Below, piece by piece: positions 26,076 to 35,040 of a stretch of DNA of 37,289 nt. The notes beneath the pieces were generated by a model that was not told where the DNA came from, searched no databases, and saw nothing but the letters and a program-made list of their open reading frames with translations. Positions within the stretch are counted from its first letter, which is position 1. Every line of letters starts with the position of its first letter. The DNA is taken from IMG/VR virus record IMGVR_UViG_2831971958_000015, one strand, 5' to 3'. A program made the position numbers and the translations under genes. This DNA is from an uncultured virus (IMG/VR IMGVR_UViG_2831971958_000015) (taxonomy: Duplodnaviria; Heunggongvirae; Uroviricota; Caudoviricetes).

Positions 26076-29000
26076 CTAATAAATAACCTTGCTGCCCCTC
26101 TCGGTCTTTACGACATCCAAATTCTGGGGGAACCTGGCTTTCATAGTAGGATCATGCGTGATTGCCATGATTTTAATGTTTCTGTACCGGCCCTGGATGG
26201 TTTCCAGTGCGTCACAGTATGCCTGAATTCCGTCCCCGTCCAAAAACGGCGGTTCGTCGATAAAGAGCATCCCCAGCTGGATCCCGGCAGATGATGACTT
26301 GATCTCCGCAAGGGCAAGTATCACCGAGAGGGAGGATTTTACCTTTTCGCCTCCTGACTTCGACAGATACGGCAGTACAGATTTCCCATATTCTTCAATG
26401 AAAATATCCAGAGAAACCTTTTCCTTTCCGTTTTTCAGCACCCTCTCCAGCCGAAATTCCACGCCCATTTTCCCGCCGGTCATCTGCCCCAAAATGGAGT
26501 TGGATGTAGCCGTGAGCTGCGGGATAATGGAGCGGATAATCTGATGGGGAACACCGCTCTGACTAAATGCAACTTTCAGAGCGTCATAATCTGCCGTTTC
26601 TTTTGCGTATTCCGTCTGCTTTTCTTGCAAATCCACAATCTCTTTTTTCAGTTTGGAAATCTGATCTGATTTCTGCTGCAGAGCGCCGATCTTCATCTGC
26701 TTTTCCCGTACCAGGGCATTGATGGAATCCACTTCCACATTCATGCCGGCAACAATGCCAGCAAGTTCCTCTATGCTGCTCATGACTTGCGCCTCTTTGT
26801 CTGCCTCAGCCTGTTTTTCACTGATTTCCGCCTCGATCTCTGCCATTTCTGCCGCCAGTTCAAGCACCCGGCCCATTGCTGTCGTCTTCCTTTCCTCTGC
26901 CACCGGAAGCTGCTTTTCCTTTTCAATCCATGGCCCGAGCGCCGCGATCGCGCTCAGTGCCTGTGCATGTTCCTCCGATACCTTGGCGTACCGGTCGCGC
27001 TCTTGCTCGGCCTCTGTGCCCTTTAATTTGGCCTCCGCAAGCCTTTTTTCTGCCCCGAGTATATTTGACTGCAAATGCTGTATATCAGCTTCCAGCAGGG
27101 CAATCTTGCCTTCCCGCTGGTTGATGGCTTCAAGCTTTGCCATGTAGGGCTTCAACTCGGCTATCCTCTTCGATACTGCCGCCACTCTCCCGGCATCAAA
27201 GGGCAATCTGGCCAGCTGCTCTTCTAACTCGGCAATCCGCTGATCGAGGGGCGCCGTCTGCTCCCCATAGGCTCTCTCCAATTCCGCATAGCGTCCGGGA
27301 TAATCTTCAAGGGCCTGTTTTGCCGAAATCGCATCTGCCAGAAATCCGCATTTAGCCTGGGATATATCCACGCACTCCACATTGGAGAGCAGCTCTGCTT
27401 TCTTTTTCAGTCCGGCCTCTTCAAGCTGCAGACGCTTTACATCCGAATCATGCCGTGTGGTGATCTGCTGTAAATCGTACCTTGCCTGTGTCAGCTGCTT
27501 CTCCACCGCCCGGTATGCCCTTTCCTGCTCATACGCTTCATCCAGCAATTTCTTCTGCCGTTCATACTCTGCGGCGTTTTCTTTGATGACTGCATCCTGA
27601 TCCGAGGGCTGGGCCCACGACAGCTCATTTTCTTTTTGCTCTATCCTTGCTTTGAAAGCATCAATAGCCTCCTGCTCGGATGCGGCCTGCCTTGCAAAAC
27701 CTTCCGCCTCCCGTTTCTTTGCAGAATACAGCGCGGATTCCCTGGCCAGGTTCCTTTCGCGCTCCATGAGGGCGCTATACTCCGCGACCTTCCCCTCAAT
27801 CTCCTGCCGGCTGTCAAGAATAACCGAGCAGCTATCTATAATCGCCTGCTGAGTGGCTCTATTTTGGCCTGTAGCAGCCTTTTTACTCTGCAAAGTAGTA
27901 ATAGATGCCAACAGCTTTGTCCGCCTTTCTGCGGCTTCCTGCTGATTTGTCAGGAGAAGCTTATTTTTATCCCGCTCTGCAATCTTTTCCTGCAACCTGC
28001 TTTCGTATCCTTCCAGTTCCGTCCGGCAGTTCTCCAGTTCTTCCTCCGGATTTCCAAAGCTGGATATCGTACTCCTGTGGATCTCGACCTCCTGCTTCAG
28101 TTCACGGTTCTTCGCCCCATATACCTTTGCCTTATCCTGGGCGATTCTCTCCATGATCTGATAGACACCCAGGCCGAGAAGTGTTCCGAGGACTTCCACC
28201 CTTTCCTCCGGCTTGGCCTGCAGGAAGAGCCCATACTGATCCTGCATGATCAGCGCGCAGGACTTGAATGTGAAGCTATCCATGCCGATGATATTCAAGA
28301 TCTCCTGTTGGGTATCGTTCGCCCTTTCCTTTGAGCAGTCTTTCCATTCCCCTTCCATGAAACACGCAATGTTCAGCGTTACCTTCCCGGAGCGGGCCCT
28401 GGTCCTTGTCACCCGGTATTTCTTTTCCCCAATACGGAATGTAAACATAATGGCGCCGGACCGGACCGATTCATCATTCCGCAGCCACGGAGATCTCCCG
28501 GTATCGTCCTTGATGATGCCCTCTCTCGGCTGCTCATAAAGGCAGTCAATTATGGCGTCCATGAACAGGCTGCTCTTCCCGGCCCCGTTCTGCCCATTGA
28601 TGGTGCAGAATGTGATATCCTCAAAATTAAAGGTTTCATCCTCATAGTTGCGGTAATTCTTGACCGAAATTTCCACCGGTTCAAATATCCCAGTATTGAC
28701 CGCCGTCGGCATATTTGCCTCTGCCTCTGCGATAATGGGCCTTGCTTTCAGCACCAACTCCTGCACCTTTTCCGGCTCCATCTGCTTCTCTTCAAGATAT
28801 TTGATAAGATTGGCTTCCGGATCCGTGGCTCTGGCCAGCTCTGTCCGGTTTGCAAATTCATCTATTTTATCCGGGAGGATCTCCCATACCATGAAAGCCC
28901 CGTCTTCAAGCAGCGTCCTCTCGATCAGCGCCTTATTCAGCGCTTTGCTGTTCTCCGCGGAGCAGCTATAATGGATCCGGACAATCTTATCTTTCACGGC

Positions 29001-29924
29001 CCCGTTGTGCCGCCAGTAATTGTATGCCACATCATCCATGTCTCCGAGATTGATCGCTGTGATATCCGTGTCAGTAAAATTGAAAGTGATGAATTCTCTG
29101 ATCGGTGTCTTGAAAAACCGGCTGTCCCATCCCCCAAACGGCATATCCGTGTGGATCCAGAATCCCCGCTCCTGTCCTTCGTCATTGAAATTCATGGCAT
29201 TTATGGCGCCGGAGTAAAACCAATACTGGTTCATCAGGTTCTGCGGTCTGTGGATATGTCCCAGGGCTACCAGATCATACCCTGCCGCCAGCAGAGCTTC
29301 CTGAGGGATGATCGGCTCAAACTGCGTCAGCATCATCGTCTGCCCGCTTTCCGTATTGCACCCAGGAACGGTATAATGCGCCATAAGGATTTTTTTCTTA
29401 CCAGGTCTGCACTGGGCCCGCATTCCGGTAACGATATTGGAGAGTTCCTGCGTGAACACCTCATTTTCTTCCTCGCTGGAGAGGCCGGGGAACTTTGCCC
29501 GGTAAACTCCCCTGTCAAATCCTGGGAGGACCGCTATGTCAGCATCCTCAAATGTAAGAACCTCCGGCATGGCGACAATATGGACATTCGGAACGCCCTT
29601 GAACATTTCAGAGAGGACGTTAAACTGTGCAGCTCCGTCATGATTCGGGGTACCGCGCATGATCACCACTTCCTTAGAAGCTGCCGCCAGCTCCTTGATA
29701 TAGTGAGTTGCCATGACAATCTCTTCGCAGCACCTGTCGGACCAGAGCCGGCCAACGTGGAACACATCACCGGAAACCAGAGAAAAATCCGGATGCTCCT
29801 CCTTTGTCACTCTTATCAGTTCATCCATGCAGCGTTTCGTATCCTCTGTGCGGAGATTTACCCCATCCCTGACCGGGCTTCGGAACGTCCCGAAATGCCA
29901 GTCTGCCGTATGTAATATTTTCAT
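26076..29924 (-). CDS. Fused Mre11/SbcD phosphoesterase - Rad50/SbcC ATPase (1282 aa)
   Basis: HTADWH, SGDVFH, GTPNHD, LGHIH; then Walker A GQNGAGKS, coiled coil, signature SGGE, Walker B LFIDEP, ITHD. Confidence 0.9.
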   Translation of the reverse strand: MKILHTADWHFGTFRSPVRDGVNLRTEDTKRCMDELIRVTKEEHPDFSLVSGDVFHVGRLWSDRCCEEIVMATHYIKELAAASKEVVIMRGTPNHDGAAQFNVLSEMFKGVPNVHIVAMPEVLTFEDADIAVLPGFDRGVYRAKFPGLSSEEENEVFTQELSNIVTGMRAQCRPGKKKILMAHYTVPGCNTESGQTMMLTQFEPIIPQEALLAAGYDLVALGHIHRPQNLMNQYWFYSGAINAMNFNDEGQERGFWIHTDMPFGGWDSRFFKTPIREFITFNFTDTDITAINLGDMDDVAYNYWRHNGAVKDKIVRIHYSCSAENSKALNKALIERTLLEDGAFMVWEILPDKIDEFANRTELARATDPEANLIKYLEEKQMEPEKVQELVLKARPIIAEAEANMPTAVNTGIFEPVEISVKNYRNYEDETFNFEDITFCTINGQNGAGKSSLFMDAIIDCLYEQPREGIIKDDTGRSPWLRNDESVRSGAIMFTFRIGEKKYRVTRTRARSGKVTLNIACFMEGEWKDCSKERANDTQQEILNIIGMDSFTFKSCALIMQDQYGLFLQAKPEERVEVLGTLLGLGVYQIMERIAQDKAKVYGAKNRELKQEVEIHRSTISSFGNPEEELENCRTELEGYESRLQEKIAERDKNKLLLTNQQEAAERRTKLLASITTLQSKKAATGQNRATQQAIIDSCSVILDSRQEIEGKVAEYSALMERERNLARESALYSAKKREAEGFARQAASEQEAIDAFKARIEQKENELSWAQPSDQDAVIKENAAEYERQKKLLDEAYEQERAYRAVEKQLTQARYDLQQITTRHDSDVKRLQLEEAGLKKKAELLSNVECVDISQAKCGFLADAISAKQALEDYPGRYAELERAYGEQTAPLDQRIAELEEQLARLPFDAGRVAAVSKRIAELKPYMAKLEAINQREGKIALLEADIQHLQSNILGAEKRLAEAKLKGTEAEQERDRYAKVSEEHAQALSAIAALGPWIEKEKQLPVAEERKTTAMGRVLELAAEMAEIEAEISEKQAEADKEAQVMSSIEELAGIVAGMNVEVDSINALVREKQMKIGALQQKSDQISKLKKEIVDLQEKQTEYAKETADYDALKVAFSQSGVPHQIIRSIIPQLTATSNSILGQMTGGKMGVEFRLERVLKNGKEKVSLDIFIEEYGKSVLPYLSKSGGEKVKSSLSVILALAEIKSSSAGIQLGMLFIDEPPFLDGDGIQAYCDALETIQGRYRNIKIMAITHDPTMKARFPQNLDVVKTERGSKVIY

Positions 29925-30364
29925 AAGCCAAACGCCTCCTTTGCCACTTTCATTACCTCGATCATATGATCCAGCTGCAGCTTCAGATTTTCAAAAACAG
30001 AATCCTCAATGCCGCAGAAATCTATCCCGTCACTTCCCCATTCCTCTCCGACAAAGAGAATGTTCCCCATGATCGGATGGCCGTGCCTGTCAGTTTCATA
30101 GAGATAACTGCCAACCGGATTCGGCTCGTTTTCCTTTAACAGCCCCTCCTCATCAATCAGCATACTTATACACTGCCCCGGCACTTTTGTCGGGCGGTTT
30201 TTCATATGCAGCACTGTATACAATCTGCTCGGCATGATATGCTCATAAATATCGCAATGGTTCCCGATCAGTTCCCGCAGAAACCTGTTCTCTTCCGCAT
30301 ATCCCCCGGAAGGGAATTCATGCACTGTCAACTCTAGATCCGGTGAAATTTTAATCAGCTTCAT
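29921..30364 (-). CDS. Hypothetical protein (DUF3846-like)
   Basis: MLIDEEGLLK..N..GS.LY..IMGNILF; TGATG coupling at 30362-30366. Confidence 0.6.
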   Translation of the reverse strand: MKLIKISPDLELTVHEFPSGGYAEENRFLRELIGNHCDIYEHIMPSRLYTVLHMKNRPTKVPGQCISMLIDEEGLLKENEPNPVGSYLYETDRHGHPIMGNILFVGEEWGSDGIDFCGIEDSVFENLKLQLDHMIEVMKVAKEAFGL

Positions 30365-31530
30365 CACTTCCCCGCTCCCTTCTGGCACTTCATGCAAAGC
30401 GGCCTCCCAAATTTATTAAGGGAATACCCATACACCCTTTCGTTGATCTCCGCTCCGCATTCATCACAGAAATATCCGCTGGATTCTTCGCGGGGCGTCT
30501 CTGTCTGCTGGGCCGGCGGCTCCCGGCGTTCTGAGGTCTCCTGTGGCGGTGCCTGCTGGTATTGCTCCTGAATATCATCATCTTCTGTACTCTGCTCCGA
30601 TGTAAAAGCCGGATTGCTCAGATTTTCCTCCGGATCAAAAGCCTCATGGACAGCGTCCTCGAAAATCCCCATAGAGCTGATTGCCGGCGGCGCTGCTGCC
30701 GCGCCGAACATATTCCCCATAGAATTCATTCCCTGCTGCAACATTGCCTGCCGCACAGTGGCATCCGAGTAATCCGGCGAGAATGTGACAGTGGGAACCG
30801 CAAACGGCTTTTTCAATTCGTTCAGCTGGTATGTACCTTTGATTCCCAGCAAAGCCCGGATAACCCGCAGGATTGCCCCCGTCTGTGCCTTTTCAGATGC
30901 CGTTTTCCTGAGAAGCGTCATGTTTACCAGAATGGAACGCTCAATGTATTTTTCCCGGTCACAGTCTGCAATCACATAATACTTTTCCGGTTTGTTCCAT
31001 TTGTCCCGCTTCTCCGGATCCTCCCGCCATTCTCCTTTGAACATATCCGCTGCGGCCTTTGCTGCTCTCCAGTCATGGATCCCCATAATGGATTTATCCA
31101 TGAATTCGAGGCGGTATTTGGATTCTTCATCATCCAGACAGATCCGCTTCGTTTCTGCGTGTGTCTTGAAAGTCCCGTCCGGGAGCCGGAGTGCTCCATA
31201 TGCCTTGCCGACATAAGTATTTGCATTTTCCCGAAAGACCGTTGTGTACTCCGGATGGAACTGGACGCCCGCCGCAGTCGCAAGCTTCATCAGGAGCGGC
31301 TTTGCCGGGGAGAAAACGTCTGCATAGATTGCTTTTCCGTTCCGATCCTCCCCGGTCTTGATATTTCCGACCTTAAAAATATCGCCGGAGTTCTCAGAGG
31401 TGTCGGCCACAACCTCCATGACCGTACATTTGTAAAAGGGATTGATCTGCACTGATGTAGCTGCCGGTATCAGCAGATTGCAGTTCTGGTATTTTGACTG
31501 GATTTCAGTCAATGCATAAGAATTGTCCAT
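30364..31530 (-). CDS. Hypothetical protein with C-terminal zinc finger; candidate recombination/annealing protein
   Basis: GGAGG RBS; globular N-terminus, acidic/Pro linker, CDECG..CMKCQ; upstream of the nuclease. Confidence 0.6.
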   Translation of the reverse strand: MDNSYALTEIQSKYQNCNLLIPAATSVQINPFYKCTVMEVVADTSENSGDIFKVGNIKTGEDRNGKAIYADVFSPAKPLLMKLATAAGVQFHPEYTTVFRENANTYVGKAYGALRLPDGTFKTHAETKRICLDDEESKYRLEFMDKSIMGIHDWRAAKAAADMFKGEWREDPEKRDKWNKPEKYYVIADCDREKYIERSILVNMTLLRKTASEKAQTGAILRVIRALLGIKGTYQLNELKKPFAVPTVTFSPDYSDATVRQAMLQQGMNSMGNMFGAAAAPPAISSMGIFEDAVHEAFDPEENLSNPAFTSEQSTEDDDIQEQYQQAPPQETSERREPPAQQTETPREESSGYFCDECGAEINERVYGYSLNKFGRPLCMKCQKGAGK

Positions 31531-31551
31531 AGATTTTCCTCCATATCGTCA

Positions 31552-31633
31552 TTGATTTATTTGCTAAATCATGCCCTGATATGGTTTTCCGTAGAAGCCG
31601 CCCCGACAATCTGCCGAGTGCTCTTTTCCCCAT
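31552..31633 (+). repeat. Degenerate duplicate of the 31691-31770 promoter-hairpin unit
   Basis: Shares TTGxTTTAT, TGC-6nt-ATGGTTxTCCGTAG and TGCCGAGTGCTCTTTT; offset 139 bp. Confidence 0.7.
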
Positions 31634-31690
31634 ATTCTGCATGTTTATAGCCATTTTCATTGTCCTCTTTACCATATTGAAAAATTCCGC

Positions 31691-31766
31691 TTGCTTTATC
31701 CGGCAGGAACTGCTACAATATGGTTATCCGTAGGGGCGCTCTGGCAACTTGCCGAGTGCTCTTTTT
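31691..31766 (+). ncRNA. Candidate ~40-nt antisense RNA with its own promoter and terminator
   Basis: TTGCTT-17-TACAAT with TG extension; hairpin GGGCGCTC-TGGCAACTTGCC-GAGTGCTC then TTTTT. Confidence 0.55.
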
Positions 31767-32007
31767 CCATGTCGCGCAGCGCCCTGCACAGATCCATCGT
31801 GAATTTTGAGAACGCAAGGCTCCGCACATACTCTTCCGTCAGCTTTACCAGATACCAGTGCTGCAACACCACCGGCCTCCGTTCCCGCTGATAGATATAC
31901 TCCTGCTTGCGCCGGGCGCATTCTAAAGCCTCCTGAAGCTGTTCATCTGTTATTGCGAAGCCCAGCAGTTCCTCTACCTCCTGCCTTTTCATGTCCTGTT
32001 TCTGCAT
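31696..32007 (-). CDS. Hypothetical phage protein
   Basis: GGAGG RBS before MQKQDM. Confidence 0.55.
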   Translation of the reverse strand: MQKQDMKRQEVEELLGFAITDEQLQEALECARRKQEYIYQRERRPVVLQHWYLVKLTEEYVRSLAFSKFTMDLCRALRDMEKEHSASCQSAPTDNHIVAVPAG

Positions 32008-32218
32008 ACATTCCATCCTCCAACGCATTCAAAAATATATTGATCATCTTATAAGCCGCCCAGGCCACCATGGGGATAAAAAGATACTCTCCTCCGACAG
32101 CATCATAGCCACGCTCCAGATAGGCATAGCGTATAGCCCATTTCCCGGCCATGTATGTAACTGCCATAACATAAACTGCCACGACCGCCGGCCGCCCGAT
32201 CCACTTCCACCTGCTCAT
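31943..32218 (-). CDS. Small membrane protein
   Basis: Two hydrophobic stretches flanking AYLERGYDAVGGEY. Confidence 0.65.
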   Translation of the reverse strand: MSRWKWIGRPAVVAVYVMAVTYMAGKWAIRYAYLERGYDAVGGEYLFIPMVAWAAYKMINIFLNALEDGMYAETGHEKAGGRGTAGLRNNR

Positions 32219-32835
32219 TTCCCGCCCTCCTTATCCGTGTAAAAATAATGGTTGCCATGTTGGAAAAGGAATTCCAAATTTTCCTCATGCCAGGTGGATT
32301 CACTCTCACTCTCGAAGTAGGTAGCACCCATACTTTCATCCCATCCATCCACTTCAATCAGAGAAAGAGCCTGCCAACAATCGGCATCCGGCTCCACTCT
32401 GTCAAACCTTCCGCTGGCAACGGGGCTGAACTGCCTTTCCTGATAGATCACTTCTTCTACAGAATCAGGAAATCCACCGGCTTTCACACGGTTTAGAACC
32501 ACCAGCATGACCAGCGCCTTCCCCTCCGTATCCTCACTTTCCGCCTCTGCCATAGCGATTTTGGCGAGAAGATAAGAATCCTCCGAGCTCCGGCTCTCGC
32601 TTTCCGTTTGTGGCGGTTCCTCTGCTGGCTCAGGCAATGAGACCGTTTCAACTGATAATCGTCTCTCTTTTTCTTTGATCCCCGGCTCCTCCTGACAGAT
32701 TGCAGCTTGCATATCCGCCCTCTGCCCTACTGCCGGACTTGCGCCGTCCGTGCCCGCCGTACTTATAAATGCCGCTGCAGACAACACCACCAGGCCTACC
32801 ACCGCACCCAGGCTAACAACAACTTTTGCTTTCAC
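32215..32835 (-). CDS. Cell wall hydrolase, SleB/Hydrolase_2 family, with N-terminal signal/TM segment
   Basis: LLAKIAMAEAE..V..VVLNRV..FPDSVEEVIYQ..QFSPV..GATYF..GNHYFY. Confidence 0.88.
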   Translation of the reverse strand: MKAKVVVSLGAVVGLVVLSAAAFISTAGTDGASPAVGQRADMQAAICQEEPGIKEKERRLSVETVSLPEPAEEPPQTESESRSSEDSYLLAKIAMAEAESEDTEGKALVMLVVLNRVKAGGFPDSVEEVIYQERQFSPVASGRFDRVEPDADCWQALSLIEVDGWDESMGATYFESESESTWHEENLEFLFQHGNHYFYTDKEGGK

Positions 32836-33004
32836 ACCGAACCTCCCCGCTGTCGAACGCAAAAGCAAGCTGCCTCGCTTTCGGTTCCATTTTCAAGTGC
32901 CGGCTGAAAAACTCCTGTTTCTTTTCCGCTTCCTCCCAGCAATCGCATTTTTCGCCCGGATCCAGCGTAGCCCCGCAATCCGGACAGATTTTGTAAAATG
33001 CCAT
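32813..33004 (-). CDS. Small zinc-finger protein
   Basis: CPDCGATLDPGEKCDC; AGGAGGTG RBS. Confidence 0.7.
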   Translation of the reverse strand: MAFYKICPDCGATLDPGEKCDCWEEAEKKQEFFSRHLKMEPKARQLAFAFDSGEVRCESKSCC

Positions 33005-33014
33005 GACACACCTC

Positions 33015-33239
33015 CTATTCTTCAATCATGCACCGCTCCAAAAAATACTTTCTCGGTACTTTTCCCTGCGGATACGCCGGCGTCAGCTTGCCGGCTTCTA
33101 TGAGTTCCTCCCTGAGCTTTCTTATCAGCTCATAGGCCTTATTTTCTTTGCAACCGAGATACTCCATAACCTCTGCAACCCCACAATAGTATTTCCCGGG
33201 GGAAGAGATCACGCCCGGCGCCGCTGCCAATGCTCCCAT
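33015..33239 (-). CDS. Excisionase-like winged-HTH protein
   Basis: VAEVMEYLGCKENKAYELIRKLREEL..GKVPRKYF.ER. Confidence 0.62.
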   Translation of the reverse strand: MGALAAAPGVISSPGKYYCGVAEVMEYLGCKENKAYELIRKLREELIEAGKLTPAYPQGKVPRKYFLERCMIEE

Positions 33240-33253
33240 GCAATCCCTCCTTC

Positions 33254-33625
33254 CTACCATGTCGCACGGACAACATACGGATTATCATCAATCTCCGGAT
33301 CGTAGTAATCAACCTGGACCGGGATGCCCGCGCGGACAGCATCAACAATTCCCTGCACTTCATCCAGCGTCCGCATCTCCGAGCGGGGCGGCGCCTCGAT
33401 CTGCACCTCCAGCGCTCTCCGCAGATAGGCCATGGCACCTTTCAGGTAAAAGTCTCCGTAGTGTGTGCGAAAGTGCATATCCCGCTGCACATCACCCATT
33501 CCCTGCCCTTGCAGTGCATAGTGTTTCAGAAAGCCCTTCACAATGGCGTCTTCGTCCAGATTGTCATGGGCCAAATCAAACAACCATGTTGCCTTATCTT
33601 CCAGCCATGCTTTTGCCATGGTCAC
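33254..33625 (-). CDS. Hypothetical phage protein
   Basis: AAGGAGGG RBS; coupled to the upstream gene. Confidence 0.6.
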   Translation of the reverse strand: MTMAKAWLEDKATWLFDLAHDNLDEDAIVKGFLKHYALQGQGMGDVQRDMHFRTHYGDFYLKGAMAYLRRALEVQIEAPPRSEMRTLDEVQGIVDAVRAGIPVQVDYYDPEIDDNPYVVRATW

Positions 33626-34053
33626 ACACCCTCCTTTGATAAATCCCTCATTTCCAGCTCTCCCGGCTTTAATCCAAAAAAATCTGCTATTTTATGCCTT
33701 TCCGCAGGACCGATAGGGAGTTCTAATCCAAACCGCACACATTGCTTCCATTGGCTCATTGTCAGCCCCATCAAAAGGGCTAATTCTTTATCGCTAATCT
33801 CATACTTGGTCTGCAAAAATCGGACATTTCTTATGTAAAGCGGTTGGACCGGCCGAATTGGTTTGGCAATCAATTCATCTACAGTAATCTGGAAATGAAA
33901 TGCCAGATCAACAACCTTTTGCAAATTCGGTTCACATTCCCCTTTCTCATATCTGCTGATAGTCATTTCTGTCACAAAAAGCATATTGGCTATGTCTTTT
34001 TGCGTTTCCCCGTTTTTTTCTCTCAGATACTTCAAGTTTTGTGCTAAATACAA
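33622..34053 (-). CDS. XRE-family HTH regulator (possibly two HTH domains)
   Basis: NLKYLREKNGETQKDIANML..ISRYEKG..EP; GGAGGTGG RBS before TTG 34053. Confidence 0.8.
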   Translation of the reverse strand: MYLAQNLKYLREKNGETQKDIANMLFVTEMTISRYEKGECEPNLQKVVDLAFHFQITVDELIAKPIRPVQPLYIRNVRFLQTKYEISDKELALLMGLTMSQWKQCVRFGLELPIGPAERHKIADFFGLKPGELEMRDLSKEGV

Positions 34054-34072
34054 CTTTCCACCTCCCACTGCC

Positions 34073-34167
34073 TATCCACATTGGATTCCGATTTGGATTT
34101 GGATTCGGATTGGATTACGGACGCACTTGCCAGCAATCGCTGTCAAATGTCCGCATATTGCAGGCAA
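34073..34167. repeat. Intergenic copy of the initiator-gene origin region
   Basis: 34073-34129 matches 25578-25639 (4 mismatches, one 5-nt gap); 10-bp units TTGCCAGCAA/TCGCTGTCAA/ATGTCCGCAT/TTGCAGGCAA run from 34127 to 34167. Confidence 0.8.
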
Positions 34168-34171
34168 GATA

Positions 34172-34645
34172 TTACAGATTTTTCTTTACCCACAGCTTGA
34201 GGCTCTGCGCTATCTGCTCCAGTTCCTCCAGATTTTCGAGCACCTTATTCAGATCTCCTTTTTCGTCCTCCGAAATAATACCGTCCTCTGTAATATCCAA
34301 CAGCAAATCCTTTGTTTCTCCAATTTTTCGGAAAGTAGAAAGTGCCTTGATTGATATCCTGTCAAGATCTGCCAGATCGGCTTTGGGCATTTCTCCACCG
34401 AGAGGGCAGATATTCGTGCAGTAATAGTTTTCCAGTTCCGGCGCATTATACAAATCCGCCATGAGGCGTATCTCTTCAGGATAGGGATTGGTTATTCCGC
34501 TTTCAATCCTATAAAGGCGTCCCCGGTCAATGGACATTATGTCTGCCGCCCCTTCTCTGCTGCTTAATTGCTCATTGTGTGCTGCCGCCGCGCAACGTGC
34601 CTTATAGAACACGTTGGAACTTGTCTTTGCTGCTATATTTGCCAT
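34172..34645 (-). CDS. XRE/CII-like phage regulatory protein
   Basis: SREGAADIMSIDRGRLYRIESG..PYPEEI; DITEDGIISEDE; located after cro. Confidence 0.72.
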   Translation of the reverse strand: MANIAAKTSSNVFYKARCAAAAHNEQLSSREGAADIMSIDRGRLYRIESGITNPYPEEIRLMADLYNAPELENYYCTNICPLGGEMPKADLADLDRISIKALSTFRKIGETKDLLLDITEDGIISEDEKGDLNKVLENLEELEQIAQSLKLWVKKNL

Positions 34646-34680
34646 TTTGATTTTCACCTCCATGCTTTATAATGAAATAA

Positions 34681-34699
34681 AGTCAATTTTTTATGGACT
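34681..34699. promoter_or_regulatory. Operator copy at the cro 3' end
   Basis: AGTCAA-N7-TGGACT. Confidence 0.6.
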
Positions 34700-34906
34700 T
34701 TCGTGGCAAAAAAACTCTGTCGTTTTATCACAAGCATTGGAGATGCTGACTGCCATCTCAAAGCTAAGTTTAATATTCCCACGCTCCAACTCGGATACCC
34801 ATTGCTTTGATTTACCGATTCTTTTTCCGAGTTCAGTCTGTGTCAGCTTGGCATCTTTACGGGCATCTTTTACCCTTTTTGCTGTGTTGATGGTAATGGC
34901 ATCCAC
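34691..34906 (-). CDS. cro: Cro-like repressor
   Basis: 71-aa XRE HTH (LTQTELGKRIGKSKQWVSELERG), divergent from the repressor; GAAAGGAGGG RBS. Confidence 0.85.
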   Translation of the reverse strand: MDAITINTAKRVKDARKDAKLTQTELGKRIGKSKQWVSELERGNIKLSFEMAVSISNACDKTTEFFCHESP

Positions 34907-34923
34907 TTTTTCGCCCTCCTTTC

Positions 34924-35040
34924 AGTCCATTTTCTATGGACATTTTAATATTAGTCCATTAAATATGGATTGTCAATGGTTTTTGACAATTTTTTTTGGA
35001 CTTTTTCTTTCGGAGGTTGAAAGTCCAGTATTTTTGGACT
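34924..35040. promoter_or_regulatory. Four operators AGTCCA-N7-TGGACT (34924-42, 34953-71, degenerate 34984-35002, perfect 35022-40)
   Basis: Read directly; constant 7-nt AT-rich spacer. Confidence 0.8.
34948..34976 (-). promoter_or_regulatory. Lytic (cro) promoter
   Basis: TTGACA-17-TAATAT overlapping operator 34953-71. Confidence 0.75.

Noticed and set aside
34081..34167. CRISPR array or mini-array
   Set aside because: Units are 5-10 bp and contiguous with no unique spacers; no cas genes
25578..34167. Diversity-generating retroelement TR/VR pair explaining the duplicated segment
   Set aside because: No reverse transcriptase in the window, and the differences include C/G and an indel, so they are not adenine-specific
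34647..34673. pRE-like + strand promoter TTGATT...TATAAT
   Set aside because: Spacer is only 15 nt; it could be activator-dependent but cannot be supported from sequence alone
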